Below are positions 50,263-62,660 of a DNA stretch of 64,000 nt, one piece after another. Numbering within the stretch: position 1 is the first letter of the stretch; every line of letters starts with the position of its first letter. Origin of the DNA: Antechinus flavipes (Eukaryota); contig NC_067403.1 in assembly GCF_016432865.1 (NCBI RefSeq), positions 246,760,001-246,824,000 of the forward strand, read 5' to 3'. A program made the position numbers and the translations under genes. The notes below the pieces were generated by a model. The model made no database searches. It saw nothing but the letters and a program-made list of their open reading frames with translations, and was not told where the DNA came from.

Positions 50263-51059
50263 ACTGCTACCTATTTCTGTTGCTAGTATACAACATGGTA
50301 TACTTGATAATAGTCATATAAATATTACCTACCAAAGGTAGGGGGTGAGGAAAAAATAGATGAGATCCAGGCAAAGAGCTGTATAAGATAAAGAGGGCTA
50401 AGAACCTTTTTTAGTTAGAAAGAACAGGGAAGAATTCATGGAGAAGGTAACACATCAGATGAGTCTTGAAAGAAAATAAGACTTGAGAAAGATAACGTAA
50501 ATGAGGCACCTTCCGAATACTAGACCTGAAATATGTGCATGGAGATGAAAGATAGAAGGTTGATTTGGGGAGAAACTAGCAATCCAGTCTCCCTATAATG
50601 TAAAATGTGTAAAAGGAAGGCTTGTGAAATAAAGCTAAATTGGTAGAATAGAACCACTGGAGGGCTTTAAATATGCCATGCTAACAATCAGGAACCAATG
50701 AATGATCTTGAGAAGAGAAATACACACTTAAACCTTTGCTTTGAGCAAATTATTTTGGCCGTGACATAAAAGAATTGGAGAAGAGATTCACTGGAGAAAG
50801 CAAATACTAATTAAGAAGCTATTTCAATAGAGCAGGCTAGAGAGAATGAGCTCCTGAAGCAGGTTACTAGGTGACAAATGTAAATCAATAGAAGTGAATA
50901 AATGTGATCGATTTAATGGTAGAACTGCCCAGTGATAGGGGAAGGTGGGCAATAGCAGAGAGAGATCAATGGAGTTATGTATGAATGCCAGCAGCAATAT
51001 GGTTTGTTATGGCATGTCCCAAACCTGAATAATGAATATCTTTCCAATTATTTCTTTCC

Positions 51060-51490
51060 CTTGGATTGTTAAGAGTATTTATAGTTATTTTTATAAATCA
51101 TCTCAGTGTTTTGATAAGTTAAAGCCCAGATATCTGGGGGTTTTATGACACTGGAATATCTTGTTTCTCCTCCTTTCAACACCCTTTACAGACATTATAA
51201 GGGAATTTCTCTTATTATTGTATCTTTCTGGGTTTTGTGAGTATTGTGTTAGTGAGTTCCTGGCTTTTGAGACATAATGAAAAAAATTGTGAATTAGGTT
51301 GTTTCTGACAAACCTTGCAAAAGCAATTAATTGTCTCATCTTGTTTTTAACTGATTTTCTCGGGTTTTCAAAGGATAACTCCTTGTCATCCCCAACTTGG
51401 ATGTTTTTCTCTCCTTTATCAATGCTTATACTTGTGATTTTCTTCTCTTTCATGTTGTTTAAGACAGCCTTTCTAAAACTATGTAAATAA
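51060..51490 (-). mobile_element. Old LINE-1 RT-domain fragment
   Basis: Minus-strand ORF 51103-51453 (KEKKITSISIDKGEKNIQVGDDKELSFENPRKS) resembles L1 RT QEKEIKGIxIGKEExKLSLFADDMIxYLENP. Confidence 0.6.
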
Positions 51491-51659
51491 TACTGGAGGG
51501 ATTTTAATAAATCATTTAAGCATCATTTAAAATTTTACAAGATGTTATCCTGGAAACTCTGTGAAATGATAAATACTAGTGATACAATCTCCTTTTTTCA
51601 TTTATAGGAAACTAAGATTGTGAAAGGTTAAATAATTTCTTATTGTCACATAGGTAAGA

Positions 51660-53580
51660 AATAGAAACTGACAATGACTATAGCAATCTATGTTTGACAA
51701 ACCCAAAGACCTCAGCTTTGGGGATAAGAATTCACTATTTGACAAAAACTGCTGGGAAAATTGGAAACTAATATGACAGAAAGTAGGCATTGACCCACCC
51801 CTAATATCCTATACCAAGATAAGATCAAAATGGGTTCATGATCGAGACATAAAGAATGACATTACAAACAAATTAAAAGAATATAGGATAGTTTATCTCT
51901 CAGATCTGTGGAGGAGGAAGCAGATCTTCTTTGTGACCAAAGAAAAACTAGAGATCCTTATTGATCACAAAATAGACAATTTTTATTATATTAAGTTAAA
52001 ACATTTTTGTACAAACAAAACTAATGCAGACGAGATTAGAAGGGAAGCAATAAACTGGGAAAACATTTTTACATTCAAAGGTGCTGATAAAGGCCTAATT
52101 TCTAAAATATAGAGAGAATTGACTCAAATTTATAAAAATTCAAGCCATTCTCCAATTGATAAATGGTCAAAGGATATGAACAGAGTTTTTAGATGAAGAA
52201 ATTGAAACTGTAGTCATATGAAAAGATGCTCTATATCATTATTGATTAGAGAAATGCAAATTAAGACAACTGTGAGATACCAGTACATACTTCTCAGATT
52301 GGCTAAGATGACAGAAAAAGATAATGATGAATGTTGGGGGGAATATGGGAAAACTGGGACACTGATACATTTTTGGTTGAACTATGAACAGATCCAACCA
52401 ATTAGAGTGCAATTTGGAACTATGCTCAAAAAGTTATCAAACTGTTCATACCCTTTGATCCATCAGTATTTCTACTGAACTTATACTCCAAAGAGATCTG
52501 AAAGGAGAGAAAGGGATTTACATGTGCAAAAATGTTTGGGGCAGCCCTTTTTGCAGTGGCAAGAAACTGGAAACTGAGTGGATGCCCATCAATTGGAGAA
52601 TGGCTGAATAAGCTGTGGTATATGAATGTTATGAAATATTATTGTTCTGTAAGAAATGACCAGCAGAAGTGAAATGAGCAGAACCAGGAGATCATTATAT
52701 ACCTCAACAACGATGCTGTTTGAGGATATATTCTGATGGAAGTGGATCTCTTCGATAAAGAGAGCTAATTCAGTTTCAATTGATCAAGGATGGACAGAAG
52801 CAGCTACACTCAAAGAAAGAACACTGGGAAATGAATGTAAACTGCTTGCATTTCTGTCCTTCTCATGTTATTTATATCTTCTGAATCCAATTTTCCCTGT
52901 GCAACAAAAGAACTATTCGGTTCTGCACACATATATTGTATCTAGGATATACTGTAACCTATTTAACATATAAAGGACTGCTTGCCATCTGGGGAAGGGG
53001 GTGGAGCGAGGGAAGGGAAAAATCGGAACAGAAGTGAGTGCAAGGGATAATACTGTAAAAAATTACTCTGGCATGGGTTCTGTCAATAAAAAGTTTAAAA
53101 AAAAAAAAAGTAAATCTTTCCAGGCCCTCCAAAAAAAAAAAAGAAGTGACCAGCAGGATGATTTCAGAAAGGCCTGGAGAGACTTACAGGAACTGATGCT
53201 GAATAAAGTGAGTAGGACCAAAAGATCATTATATACTTCCACAACAATACTATATGATGATCAATTCTGATGGACATGACTCTCTTCAACAATGAGATGA
53301 ACCAAATCAATTTCATTTGTTCAATAATGAATAGAACCAGCTACATTCAGTGAAAGAACTCTGGGAAATGAGTGTGAACCACTACATAGCATTTCCAATT
53401 CCTCTATTTTTGTCTGCCTGCTTTTTTTATTTCCTTCACAGATTAATTGTACATTATTTCAAAGTTCAATTCTTTTTATGCCACAAAATAACTGTATGGA
53501 TATGCATACATATATTATATTTTAAATATACATTAACATATTTAACATGTATTGGTCTACCTTCCAAATGGGGAAGGGGT
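51660..53580 (+). mobile_element. Older LINE-1 3' portion (51660-52666 plus 53157-~53580), interrupted by a younger L1
   Basis: Frameshifted ORF2 C-terminus reads continuously across the TSD (...GTAAGAAATGACCAGCAG|GATGATTTCAGAAAGGCC...) into an older-type 3' UTR. Confidence 0.85.
52667..53140 (+). mobile_element. Short young LINE-1 3' end nested in the older L1, with double A-tail
   Basis: 3' UTR matches the 9851/20630 type. TSD AAGAAATGACCAGCAG (52651-52666) / AAGAAGTGACCAGCAG (53141-53156). A-tails at 53097-53109 and 53131-53140. Confidence 0.85.
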
Positions 53581-53730
53581 AACCTCCTAAAACCAAACTC
53601 AGAAAATGAAAGAAGATATAAGAGCATGAAACAAAAAAAAAAAAAAGATTCCGTTCCTAATTCTAGATCAATAATCTCCTTCTGATGCTTTTCTCTGTGT
53701 TGTTTTTCTTCTTCAGATGATTTGAAAGAC

Positions 53731-54660
53731 ATGGAACAAGGAAATGGTACCAGAGTGACTGAATTCATTCTATTGGGATTTGCAGTTCGGCAAGAACTAC
53801 AGTACGTTCTCTTCCTTGTGTTTCTGGTCATCTATGTGATATCTTTAGTGGGCAATGTTGGGATGATCCTGCTCATCAAATGTCATTCCCGCCTTCATAC
53901 CCCCATGTATTTTTTCCTCCAACACTTGGCTTTTGTTGATCTTTGTTACACCTCTGCGATCACTCCCAAGATGTTACTGAACTTCCTGGTATCCAACAAA
54001 TCTATCTCTTTCTCAGGGTGTCTATTGCAATTGTTGGTTTATGCCACATTTGCCACAATCGAATGTTACCTACTTTCTGCCATGGCCATAGATCGTTATG
54101 TGGCCATCTGTAACCCATTACACTATGCAGTGGTCATGTCCCGGAGGGCATGCATCCAGCTACTCACTGGATCCTATTTCATGGGATCCCTGAATGCTTC
54201 TGTACATACGGGTTTTGCTTTTTCGTTGACCTTCTGCAATTCTAACACCATCAATCACTTCTTCTGTGATGTGCCCCCAATCCTGGCCCTTTCCTGTTCT
54301 AATATTGATATCAATGTCATGTTGTTAATAGTCTTTGTGGGTTTTAATCTGTCAAGCACCTTGTTAGTTGTGTTTCTCTCCTATGTTTATATCCTGGCTG
54401 CTATCTTAAGGATGCCCTCTGCTGCAGGAAGACACAAAGCCTTCTCCACTTGTGCCTCCCACCTGACAGCCGTCATTATTTTCTACGGAACACTCTCTTA
54501 CATGTATTTACAGCCCTCTTCCAGTGAATCTCAGGAGAATGATAAAGTGGCCTCCGTGTTTTATGGTATTGTGATACCCATGTTGAACCCCCTGATCTAC
54601 AGTCTTCGGAATAAAGAAGTCAAAGAGGCCATGAAAGTTCTATTAAAGAATTGCTTATGA
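53731..54660 (+). CDS. OR5AK2: Olfactory receptor OR5AK2/3-like, 309 aa; most divergent member and last gene of the array
   Basis: The ORF track starts at TTG 53722, but the first ATG is 53731 (GACATGG, good Kozak). [17 protein letters not shown] and NASVHTGF...[15 protein letters not shown] closely match recalled human OR5AK2. Acceptor TTCTTCTTCAG ends at 53716. Confidence 0.95.
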   Translation: MEQGNGTRVTEFILLGFAVRQELQYVLFLVFLVIYVISLVGNVGMILLIKCHSRLHTPMYFFLQHLAFVDLCYTSAITPKMLLNFLVSNKSISFSGCLLQLLVYATFATIECYLLSAMAIDRYVAICNPLHYAVVMSRRACIQLLTGSYFMGSLNASVHTGFAFSLTFCNSNTINHFFCDVPPILALSCSNIDINVMLLIVFVGFNLSSTLLVVFLSYVYILAAILRMPSAAGRHKAFSTCASHLTAVIIFYGTLSYMYLQPSSSESQENDKVASVFYGIVIPMLNPLIYSLRNKEVKEAMKVLLKNCL

Positions 54661-54744
54661 GTCAAGACTTGTATTCCAAAGCATTGGTTCAGAAATGCAT
54701 CTGAACAAAGAACATCCATACTATCTCCCTTCTCTGGCAGTCAC

Positions 54745-54990
54745 ATGGAATAATAGAGAGAATTTTAGGCATGGAATCAGGAAGACCTGAGTTGAAACAC
54801 CAACTAAGACATTTATTAGCTCTGTGACTCAGAACAAGTCACTTAGCTTCTCTTAGCCTCAGTTTCTCCATCTGTAAAAATGTATAATAATGCCATCTTC
54901 CTCCAAAGGTTGTTGTAAAACCCAAATAAGATAATTTATGTGAAACACTTTACAAACTTTAAATCACGATGTAATTGCTAGATTTGTTAT
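54745..54990 (+). mobile_element. MIR
   Basis: GGAATCAGGAAGACCTGAGTT...GTGACTCAGAACAAGTCACTT...CCTCAGTTTCTCCATCTGTAAAA. Confidence 0.75.
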
Positions 54991-56689
54991 TGTTGCTTTT
55001 CATTGAAATCTCAACTATGGGAAAATGTAATAAATAAGCTGAAAATTTTTAAAAGATATGTGAGGATATTAGAAATAGATATTAGAATAGATATAATAAT
55101 AGGCATTAGAAAGCCTTCCAATAGTGTCTAAAATATATTTACTAATATCTCCCCAAATTTAACATAATAATAACATAATAATCACAAGCCAAGTTTCACA
55201 AAAGTTGTACTGAAGATTTAAGCTACAATAACTTTAACTCATTAAGCTATAAATAGCCTTAAAATACACTAAGTCTTTGGGGACATCCAATAGAATACTT
55301 AGTGCTAAAGATGCTTAGTGCTCTCATCCTTACGAGGATGAGAGTATTTGCTTATATTTTACCAAAATACCTTCACATACATTATCTGAGTAGCTTGTCA
55401 GAAAAACCACCTTAAGTAGGCAGTAATATTGTCCCCACTTTATAGAAAACTCAGAGTTATTGTGTCATAAAATGGTAAATCTAGAAAAGATATTAATGAT
55501 CTTTTAGTCCAAACCCTCCCCCCATCAGACAAAAAAAAAAATAGGAGCAATACAGGAAATGATTTGTCCAAAATATACAGCTAGTTACCCAGAAGAGATT
55601 GCTAGGCAGGCCAAAGAAAATAGAATACACTCCTATGATACCAACAGAGTGGTAAGAAGCCTTTCTAAATTAAAAAAATAATAATAATAACATCCCTATG
55701 TCCACTATTTTTTTGCCAAGGACTTCTTCAGTAGGCTGGAGAAAGTTTTTAATATCTTTTCAGAATACAATTCTATTATTTCATAATTGAATCAAATATA
55801 TTTTAGTTAGAGATGAGTGAAACTGAAGATGTAGTTTTTTCCCCATCCAAGATTATATATCCTCTAATACTCTCCACAAGATGGTTTTGTGACCCTCCAA
55901 ATTAAAAATCTCTGTCCTTTGTTAACTTACGGTCTAAAGAGATAACTATTCAATACCCTGGATTATTGTCTGACTCTGAAGGAACATCCAAAAAGTCACA
56001 GTGGAGTAGAATAAAGCATCAGGTTCAGCCATTTGTCCCCCTATAGTAGGATGAAGAGTAGCACAGGTCTCTATATAGGTACTTATTGAATTGACTTAAA
56101 CTGAAGAGTTTAGAAGAAGCTAGAATTCTGTCTGCCAATGTGCAGGGCCTCCAGTAAACTTCATAATGCTAACATGTGGGGCTTTCCACTCTGAGCTACA
56201 GCAAACAGATCCTGAGGCTTCTTTTCATTTGGTTCCCTAGGGGTGAATAGCTTTGTTCTGAGTACACATTGACAATATTAACAAACAAATAGAGGGTGTC
56301 TCTCAGAAATAAGAGAAGGAACCATTTTGAGCCCTCTCCACTCATGTAAATCTAGTCAATGGCTTCAAAATAAGACATGCACTGATTGAAAAGCTTTGTG
56401 GTCTGTTCATTAAAATCAATTGCCTAAGGATGTCTAATTCTCTTCTCTGGGGGAGGGGCCAGCAGTAGCCTCCTGCCAGCAATCCCACAATTCTTGCTCT
56501 TGTGTTAAGCAAAGAAATGTCTTGGCTGCTTATTGCAGATGGTACCAACAAGAGACAGGGGCAAAATACCCCCACATGCCACTCCCTCCAATAAAAGCCA
56601 CTGACTAGTATTTCACTAAAAGAGTTGACTGGGCCAAGCACGCCTCATCCCACTTCCACTCCATTTCAGACAAAAACAGTTGTGTTAGA

Positions 56690-56940
56690 AACAGCTGAAA
56701 GGTACAGAAATAGTGTTGGGCTTAGAGTCAGGAAGATTTGAAATCAAATTCTAACAGCCATTTTCTTAGCTGTGTGACCTTGAGCTAATACTTTCACCTT
56801 TCTAAATTTCAATTCCTTTCTATCTATTAAATGGGGATAATAATATAACCCCTCTCACAGAGCTGTTGTAAGGATAAAAGAAAGGACACAGTTACTATGT
56901 ATTGCAAACTTTTAAAATGCTATATAACCACTAGATATTT
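56690..56940 (+). mobile_element. MIR
   Basis: GAGTCAGGAAGATTTGAAATCAAAT...GCTGTGTGACCTTG...AAATGGGGATAATAATA. Confidence 0.75.
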
Positions 56941-59491
56941 TGTGGGGAGTACATTAAGGATAAAGTTTGTATTTAGAGAAGGCCCATAGAGGGAGATAAT
57001 AGGTCACCAAGACCATGGGACATTAGCAACTTGGGTTGGGGACAGGACCAGAGGCCAACATAGGATATCTCCTGATACTGAAGAGCTTCACAGATCTACT
57101 GCTAGGGACCCAGAAAAGCAATCAGAGCAGGTCATAGAGGAGCTCACCTGGGTTTAAATCAAGTTGAGGAAGGAAATTTACCATCTGGTCATTTGCTATA
57201 TTACATAATTATTCTGGCCAAAGGAACGAAAGTACTATTGATTCCCTTTAAATCTTAGGTGATCTTGAACCAAAGTCCTGCCCATTGTATTCATATGAGA
57301 TAATTGCATCACAGATTGCAGATGATCAATAGTAACATTTACTTGTTCCGTGCTCAGCTACAACTTATCAATGACTCTATTTATATATCCACTGGAGAAA
57401 GTGGAAGATCAGAGAAAAAAAAGTCCCTTAGTATGTGCTCCATTCTCTAAGTCCCAAGAATCAGTTGGCAATGAAGAGGCAAAGAGAAAAATGACAATAT
57501 TTCCTTAGCTGTTGAGATCTAAAAATAAAAGTAACTTGGAGCAATTAGAGTAGGGTTCACAGGAAAGAAAGAAATGATAGTTGTTCCTTCTGAAGTCAGA
57601 GTCTCTTTAATTTCCAACATCCTAGGTAACATGTCCTGGAGGTGCCCAACTTCAACTCTTAAAGTTTCCATAGATTAAAAAAAAAAAAAACATATCAAAG
57701 AGTTCATTTAAGAACTAGATGCAGGGGATTCCCTGTATTGGAGATCTGAGCAACCCCAGATAGAAGATCTTAAAAGTCCTGGTATCAACTGGTATTTATG
57801 TGAATGCTTTTAAGGGCTACTGATTTATCTGTGAAGCAGGATACACTGGCATTTGGTAACTACAGGAGAATCCACTAGAATGAAGTATGAAGTGCAGAAC
57901 AAGAGAGAGAATAAATCCATTGAACTCAGAATCATGGAAGCTTATCTTTGGAAAGAAATAAGCAAATTACAATTGATGAACAACCCCTTCTGTATTATAT
58001 CTGAGAAATGGTTATCAAGTCCAGACTTAATATTTCCAAGGAAGGATAACACATCACCTCCTAAGCCAACTCCCTCCAACCTAAAAGGGTTCTGATTTTT
58101 AGGATTTTTTTTACATCAAACAAAATCCTAACTGTAATTCCCACTCTAGTTCTGCCCTCTGAGTATAAAAAGAACAACCTTTTTTAAAAACCTTTTTTTG
58201 TTTGTTTGTTTTCCCTATCTGACATTCATCCAGGTACTTTAGATACTATCACATCTTAGCTCTGAAATGAAGATAACAAATTTTAGCACGTGTCACAAGA
58301 ATAATGAAAAGATCAAATGGAGTCACATGTAGATGTATGAAGTGTTTCATCAACCACAAGGCACTATATCATAATCAAAAATTGTTATTTCATCAATCAT
58401 GCATAAAGCATACAACATGATGTCTGTTGAACACAAGGGGAATAAGAAGATCCCTTCTATCTCTGAGTACTGATATTCTGTGACGATGTCCTAGATCAGG
58501 AAATTTTCATGTGATTTGTGTCAGTCACCTTAAGCATTCTGGTGGATTATGGATCTTTTCTTACAATAATTTTAAAGTCATAAAATGCAATAGAAATTAA
58601 AGATATTGGAATAAAGATACATTTTTCCCATGCAAGTTCAGAGACACCATAAAATTTATCCACCCAAAATAGAAACCCTGTTCTAGGAATAGAGAAAACA
58701 CCTGCACTGTCATTCTTGCACCACAAGGAGGTTGTGGAGGAAGATTCAAGTGAATTCATGCAATATTAAAACTATGAAATGCAATTCAGTATTTTTCTTG
58801 ATTCAGAAAGTACTTCAGAGCCTTACAGTGCTTCAAGCTAATCATTACAGAGTTCAGTGATTGGTGTCCTACAAATATATAGGTGTAAAAAGTGCTTTGG
58901 GGACTCTAGATAGACTGTGTTCTTGGTGGCCCAAGAAAGTGTAGGTGCCTGCATGTAATTTAATCTCAGTGTTTGTGGAAGCTACAATGAGAATAAGAAT
59001 ACCACCACTGGAGTGCTAGTATTTAATTCTGGGAGTAACATTTCAACATGGACAGACCCAAGCTGGACTCCATTTGGAAGATGGTAATGAAAATGATCAG
59101 GATCATGCCATGAGAAGCAATTGTGCATAATGGGGGTGGTTGGGAGATTTTTAGGTTAAATGTGAAATCCTTTTAAATATATTTCTATATTTGTCAAGAA
59201 AGCAAGCTGTCTTTAAATTTTTTGAAGAGTTGTATATAGAAGAAAAATTAGATGTGTCCTTCTTGGTCCAAGGGGGTACAACTAGGAGAAATGAAGACAT
59301 TACAGGGAAGCATATTTAGACAAAATGAGCAAAGCTTCACTGACAATCAAATCTGTCCAAAAGCTGAATGGTTTGACTTGGAAGAAGACCCCTCAGAGTC
59401 AGTCTCTAAACAAAGATGAGATGACCATTTGAATCCTCATTCTTTTCTCTAAGTTTTCCCCACTCTAACCACTATGTTTTTTGACCACACT

Positions 59492-59712
59492 GGCAGCTAG
59501 ATGGCACACCACACCTAGAGATAGGAAGACTGATCTTCCTGAGTTCAAATCTGGCTTCAGACATTACCTTGTGATCCTAGACAAGTCATTTAATCCTGTT
59601 TACCTCATTTGTAAAATGAACTGGAGAAGGAAATGCTAAGCACTCAAATATCTCAGCCAAGAAAAGCCCAAATGGGATCATCAAGAACTGGATGACAAAC
59701 AATTGAACAACA
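59492..59712 (+). mobile_element. MAR1-type CORE-SINE
   Basis: GGCAGCTAGATGGC...CCTGAGTTCAAATCTGGCTTCAGACA...GAACTGGAGAAGGAAATG...GCCAAGAAAAGCCCAAATGGG. Confidence 0.78.
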
Positions 59713-59769
59713 AAAACAGACCTTTACTTCTCTGCCTCATTTTCTGGGTCTTCATTCAGATCATGTTCT

Positions 59770-61185
59770 TTAACTGTAAATGTCCTTTAGTGTCCTCTTC
59801 TTTTCTACCTCCTCCTCACTTGGTAATCTCATTGGCTCTCATGGATTTATCATCTTTATGCTAATGATTCTCAAATCTACCTTTCTTGCTCTAATTTCTC
59901 CGCTGACCACCAATTTTCGTCCCCAGTGTCCTTTCAGATATTTCAAACTAGATGTCCAGTAGACATCTTAGACTCAATATGTCCAAAACAGAACTTAATT
60001 CTCTTTCCCCCTAAAATCTCCTCCCTCCATTTTCCCTATTTTTGTAGCGGGCAAAGGCATCACCCCCAGCCTTTTAGTTTCACAATCTAGGAGTTATCTT
60101 GCGACCCTCACTATCTCTCCCCACCTTCATGCCCACATCCAAGCTGTTGGCAAGAACTGCCAATATCATCTTTATGACTTCTCTCTAATGTGCTCCCTTC
60201 TCTTCTCTGACAATGTCACCATTCTAGGATAAGCCATTATCACCTCTCACCTTGATTACTACAATAACCTGTTGGTGGGTCTGCTTGATTTTAGTCTTTC
60301 CCCATTCCACTTCATTCTTTATTCAGCCATTAAAGTGATTTTCCTAAAACACAAATCTGATTGTGTCACCACACACACACACACATACACATATACAATA
60401 CATGAATAAATAAATGTATAAATGATTGAATTGCAATGACTTCTTATTGCCTCCAGGAGCAAATGCAAAACATTCTGTTTGGCATTACACACCTGTCCTG
60501 ATCTAGCTGCCTCCTACCTAGGTTGAGCAGTGGATAGTATGATTGCCTTAGACTTAGGAAGACTCATCTTTCTGAATTTAAACAAGGTCTCAGATACTTG
60601 CTAGCTATGTCTAAGTACGTCAGTAACCCTGTATTTGCTTCAATTTCCTCATCAAATCATTTTAGTAGAAGGAACTAGCAAATTACTCTAATATCTTTGC
60701 CAGGAAAACCCAGAATGGGATTACAAAAAGTTGGTCATGGCTGAAAAACAACTAAAAAACAATCTTTCCACTCTTCTTACACTTTACTCCCTACCATTGA
60801 CCTTGGCCTTCCAACTATTCCACAAAGAAGATATTCCATCTCTCAGTCCCAAGAATTTTCTCAGATTGTCCCCCTTGCCTGCAGTTATTCTCTCATCTAC
60901 TCCAAGTATTGACTTCTGGTTTCCTTTAAAACCCAACTAAAATCCCACCTCCTCCAAAAAGTCTTCTTTGTCCTCTTTTAATTCTAGTGCCTTCACTCTA
61001 TTAATTATTCCCTTTTTATCCTGTATATAGCTTGCTTTGCATATATTTGTTCACATATTCTTGCCCTTGCTAGATTGTAAGTTATTTGAGGACAGGGATT
61101 GTCTTTTTGTCTCTCTTTGTATCCCCAATGCTTAGCACAGTGCCTGATACATAGTAGCCCTTAAATGTTTAGTGAATTCAATTGG
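59770..61185 (+). mobile_element. LINE-2 3' end (~1.2 kb) interrupted by a MAR1 SINE at ~60520-60745
   Basis: GATGTCCAGTAGACATCTTAGACTCAATATGTCCAAAACAGAAC and terminal GCTTAGCACAGTGCCTGATACATAGTAG...AAATGTTT. Confidence 0.75.
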
Positions 61186-61934
61186 ATATTTTTTCACTAT
61201 TATCACTTAAATGTTATTGAATTCAATTAGATAGATTTTAATATTTTGATTTATGCTAATTATCATGAACTTATCTTTCTCATCTTTTTTCAATGGGCCT
61301 CAAATAGAAATGGTTGCAGTGCAAGTAGCTATCCTGCCAATATTTTTCTTCATTTAATGTTCCATTAACTATTGCATAGATGGATAAAATAACTGCTTTT
61401 TGCCTCTGAATAAAAGATTATACTCTCTGTAGGCTCAATAAAAGCATTCTTGGAAATTCTACTTGTAGACTCAACAAAAGACTTGATATACTCCCCATTT
61501 TGTCCCATTATGATTTTTATCTCCTTGGACTGGTCTTTATACTTTATATTTGGCCTACTTTTTATGTAATGATGATTATAATGATGATAATCCCGTAGAA
61601 GGATTTCTTGTTTACTGCAGAAAAAAAATGATTTATTGTTGAGTTTTGGGGGGGGTTGGTTAGATCGCCCTATTTTGCTTATCCTGGGAGTATACTAGCC
61701 CAATTATCACTACTGATCAGCCTAGAAGACTTAATCTATTCATTTCCAATCTTAATTGGTTTGTCCCTTTTTAAGCAGCCTAACTGGGCCAAGATCTAGG
61801 AGGCTCTAGAAATTCGTGTCATCGTTAGTTTGGATAGCCAATCAGCTCAGCCCACTGCAGCTTGCAACAATCCACCAGCCTCGGCTTCCCCAATAGGAAT
61901 GATCAGATCTATACCATCATCCAAAATATAACAT

Positions 61935-62660
61935 CTATTAAACACTTACTATGTGGAAACCACTGTACTAAAATCAGTGGACACAATCCCCAAAATTAAA
62001 CAGTACCTATTTTGAAGGGTTTACATTCTCCAGAAGGTCAAAGCAATTGCCGGACTTAATAAATATAAAATATATGCAAAGCAGTTTTAGAAGGAGGTTT
62101 TCACAGACAACTGGGAGGATTTAGAAAGGTAGCAGGGAGGAAATGACATTTGTTTGCTTTGAAGAAAGCCCAGGAGTCAAAGGAGATAAGGGCATATATT
62201 CCAGACCTAAGGGACCAAACACAGAAGACTGTTTACCATTTGTGTAGAATAGCTCTCAGGCCAATGTGAGTGAAATGAAGAACAATCTAAAGGTAATGAT
62301 GGGAAATGAGATTTTTTTTTCTCTAAAGATCAATCATCAAATACTGTAAGACTTTAAATTCCTAGGTAAGGCTTCTGTCCTTGAAGTAATAGGGAGCCAC
62401 TGAAAGTTTTTGATTTTTTCATATCTATTTTAGCAATAACATTTTGGCACCTCTGTGGGGAGAGCAGAAAGGCTGGAAGCCAGGCAAGAAATTAGGATGA
62501 TCTTGAAGCAGTTGAGGCAAAGAATGATGAGGGCCTGAAATAGAGTAAAAGCTGTGTGAGTGAGGGAAGAGGGTGCATGGGACAGATGTTGTGGAGGTGG
62601 AATTGACAAGACTTGGCAAGTGATTGGCTACAAGAGGGAGAGAGAGAGAAGAATCAAGGA
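61935..62660 (-). mobile_element. LINE-2 relic, antisense
   Basis: TATTAAACACTTACTATGTG (reverse L2 tail) and AGGGAGCCACTGAAAGTTTTT motifs. Confidence 0.55.

Noticed and set aside
53722-53730. TTG start given by the ORF track for the last OR
   Set aside because: Non-ATG; the ATG at 53731 has a strong Kozak context and matches the conserved second ATG of the paralogs.
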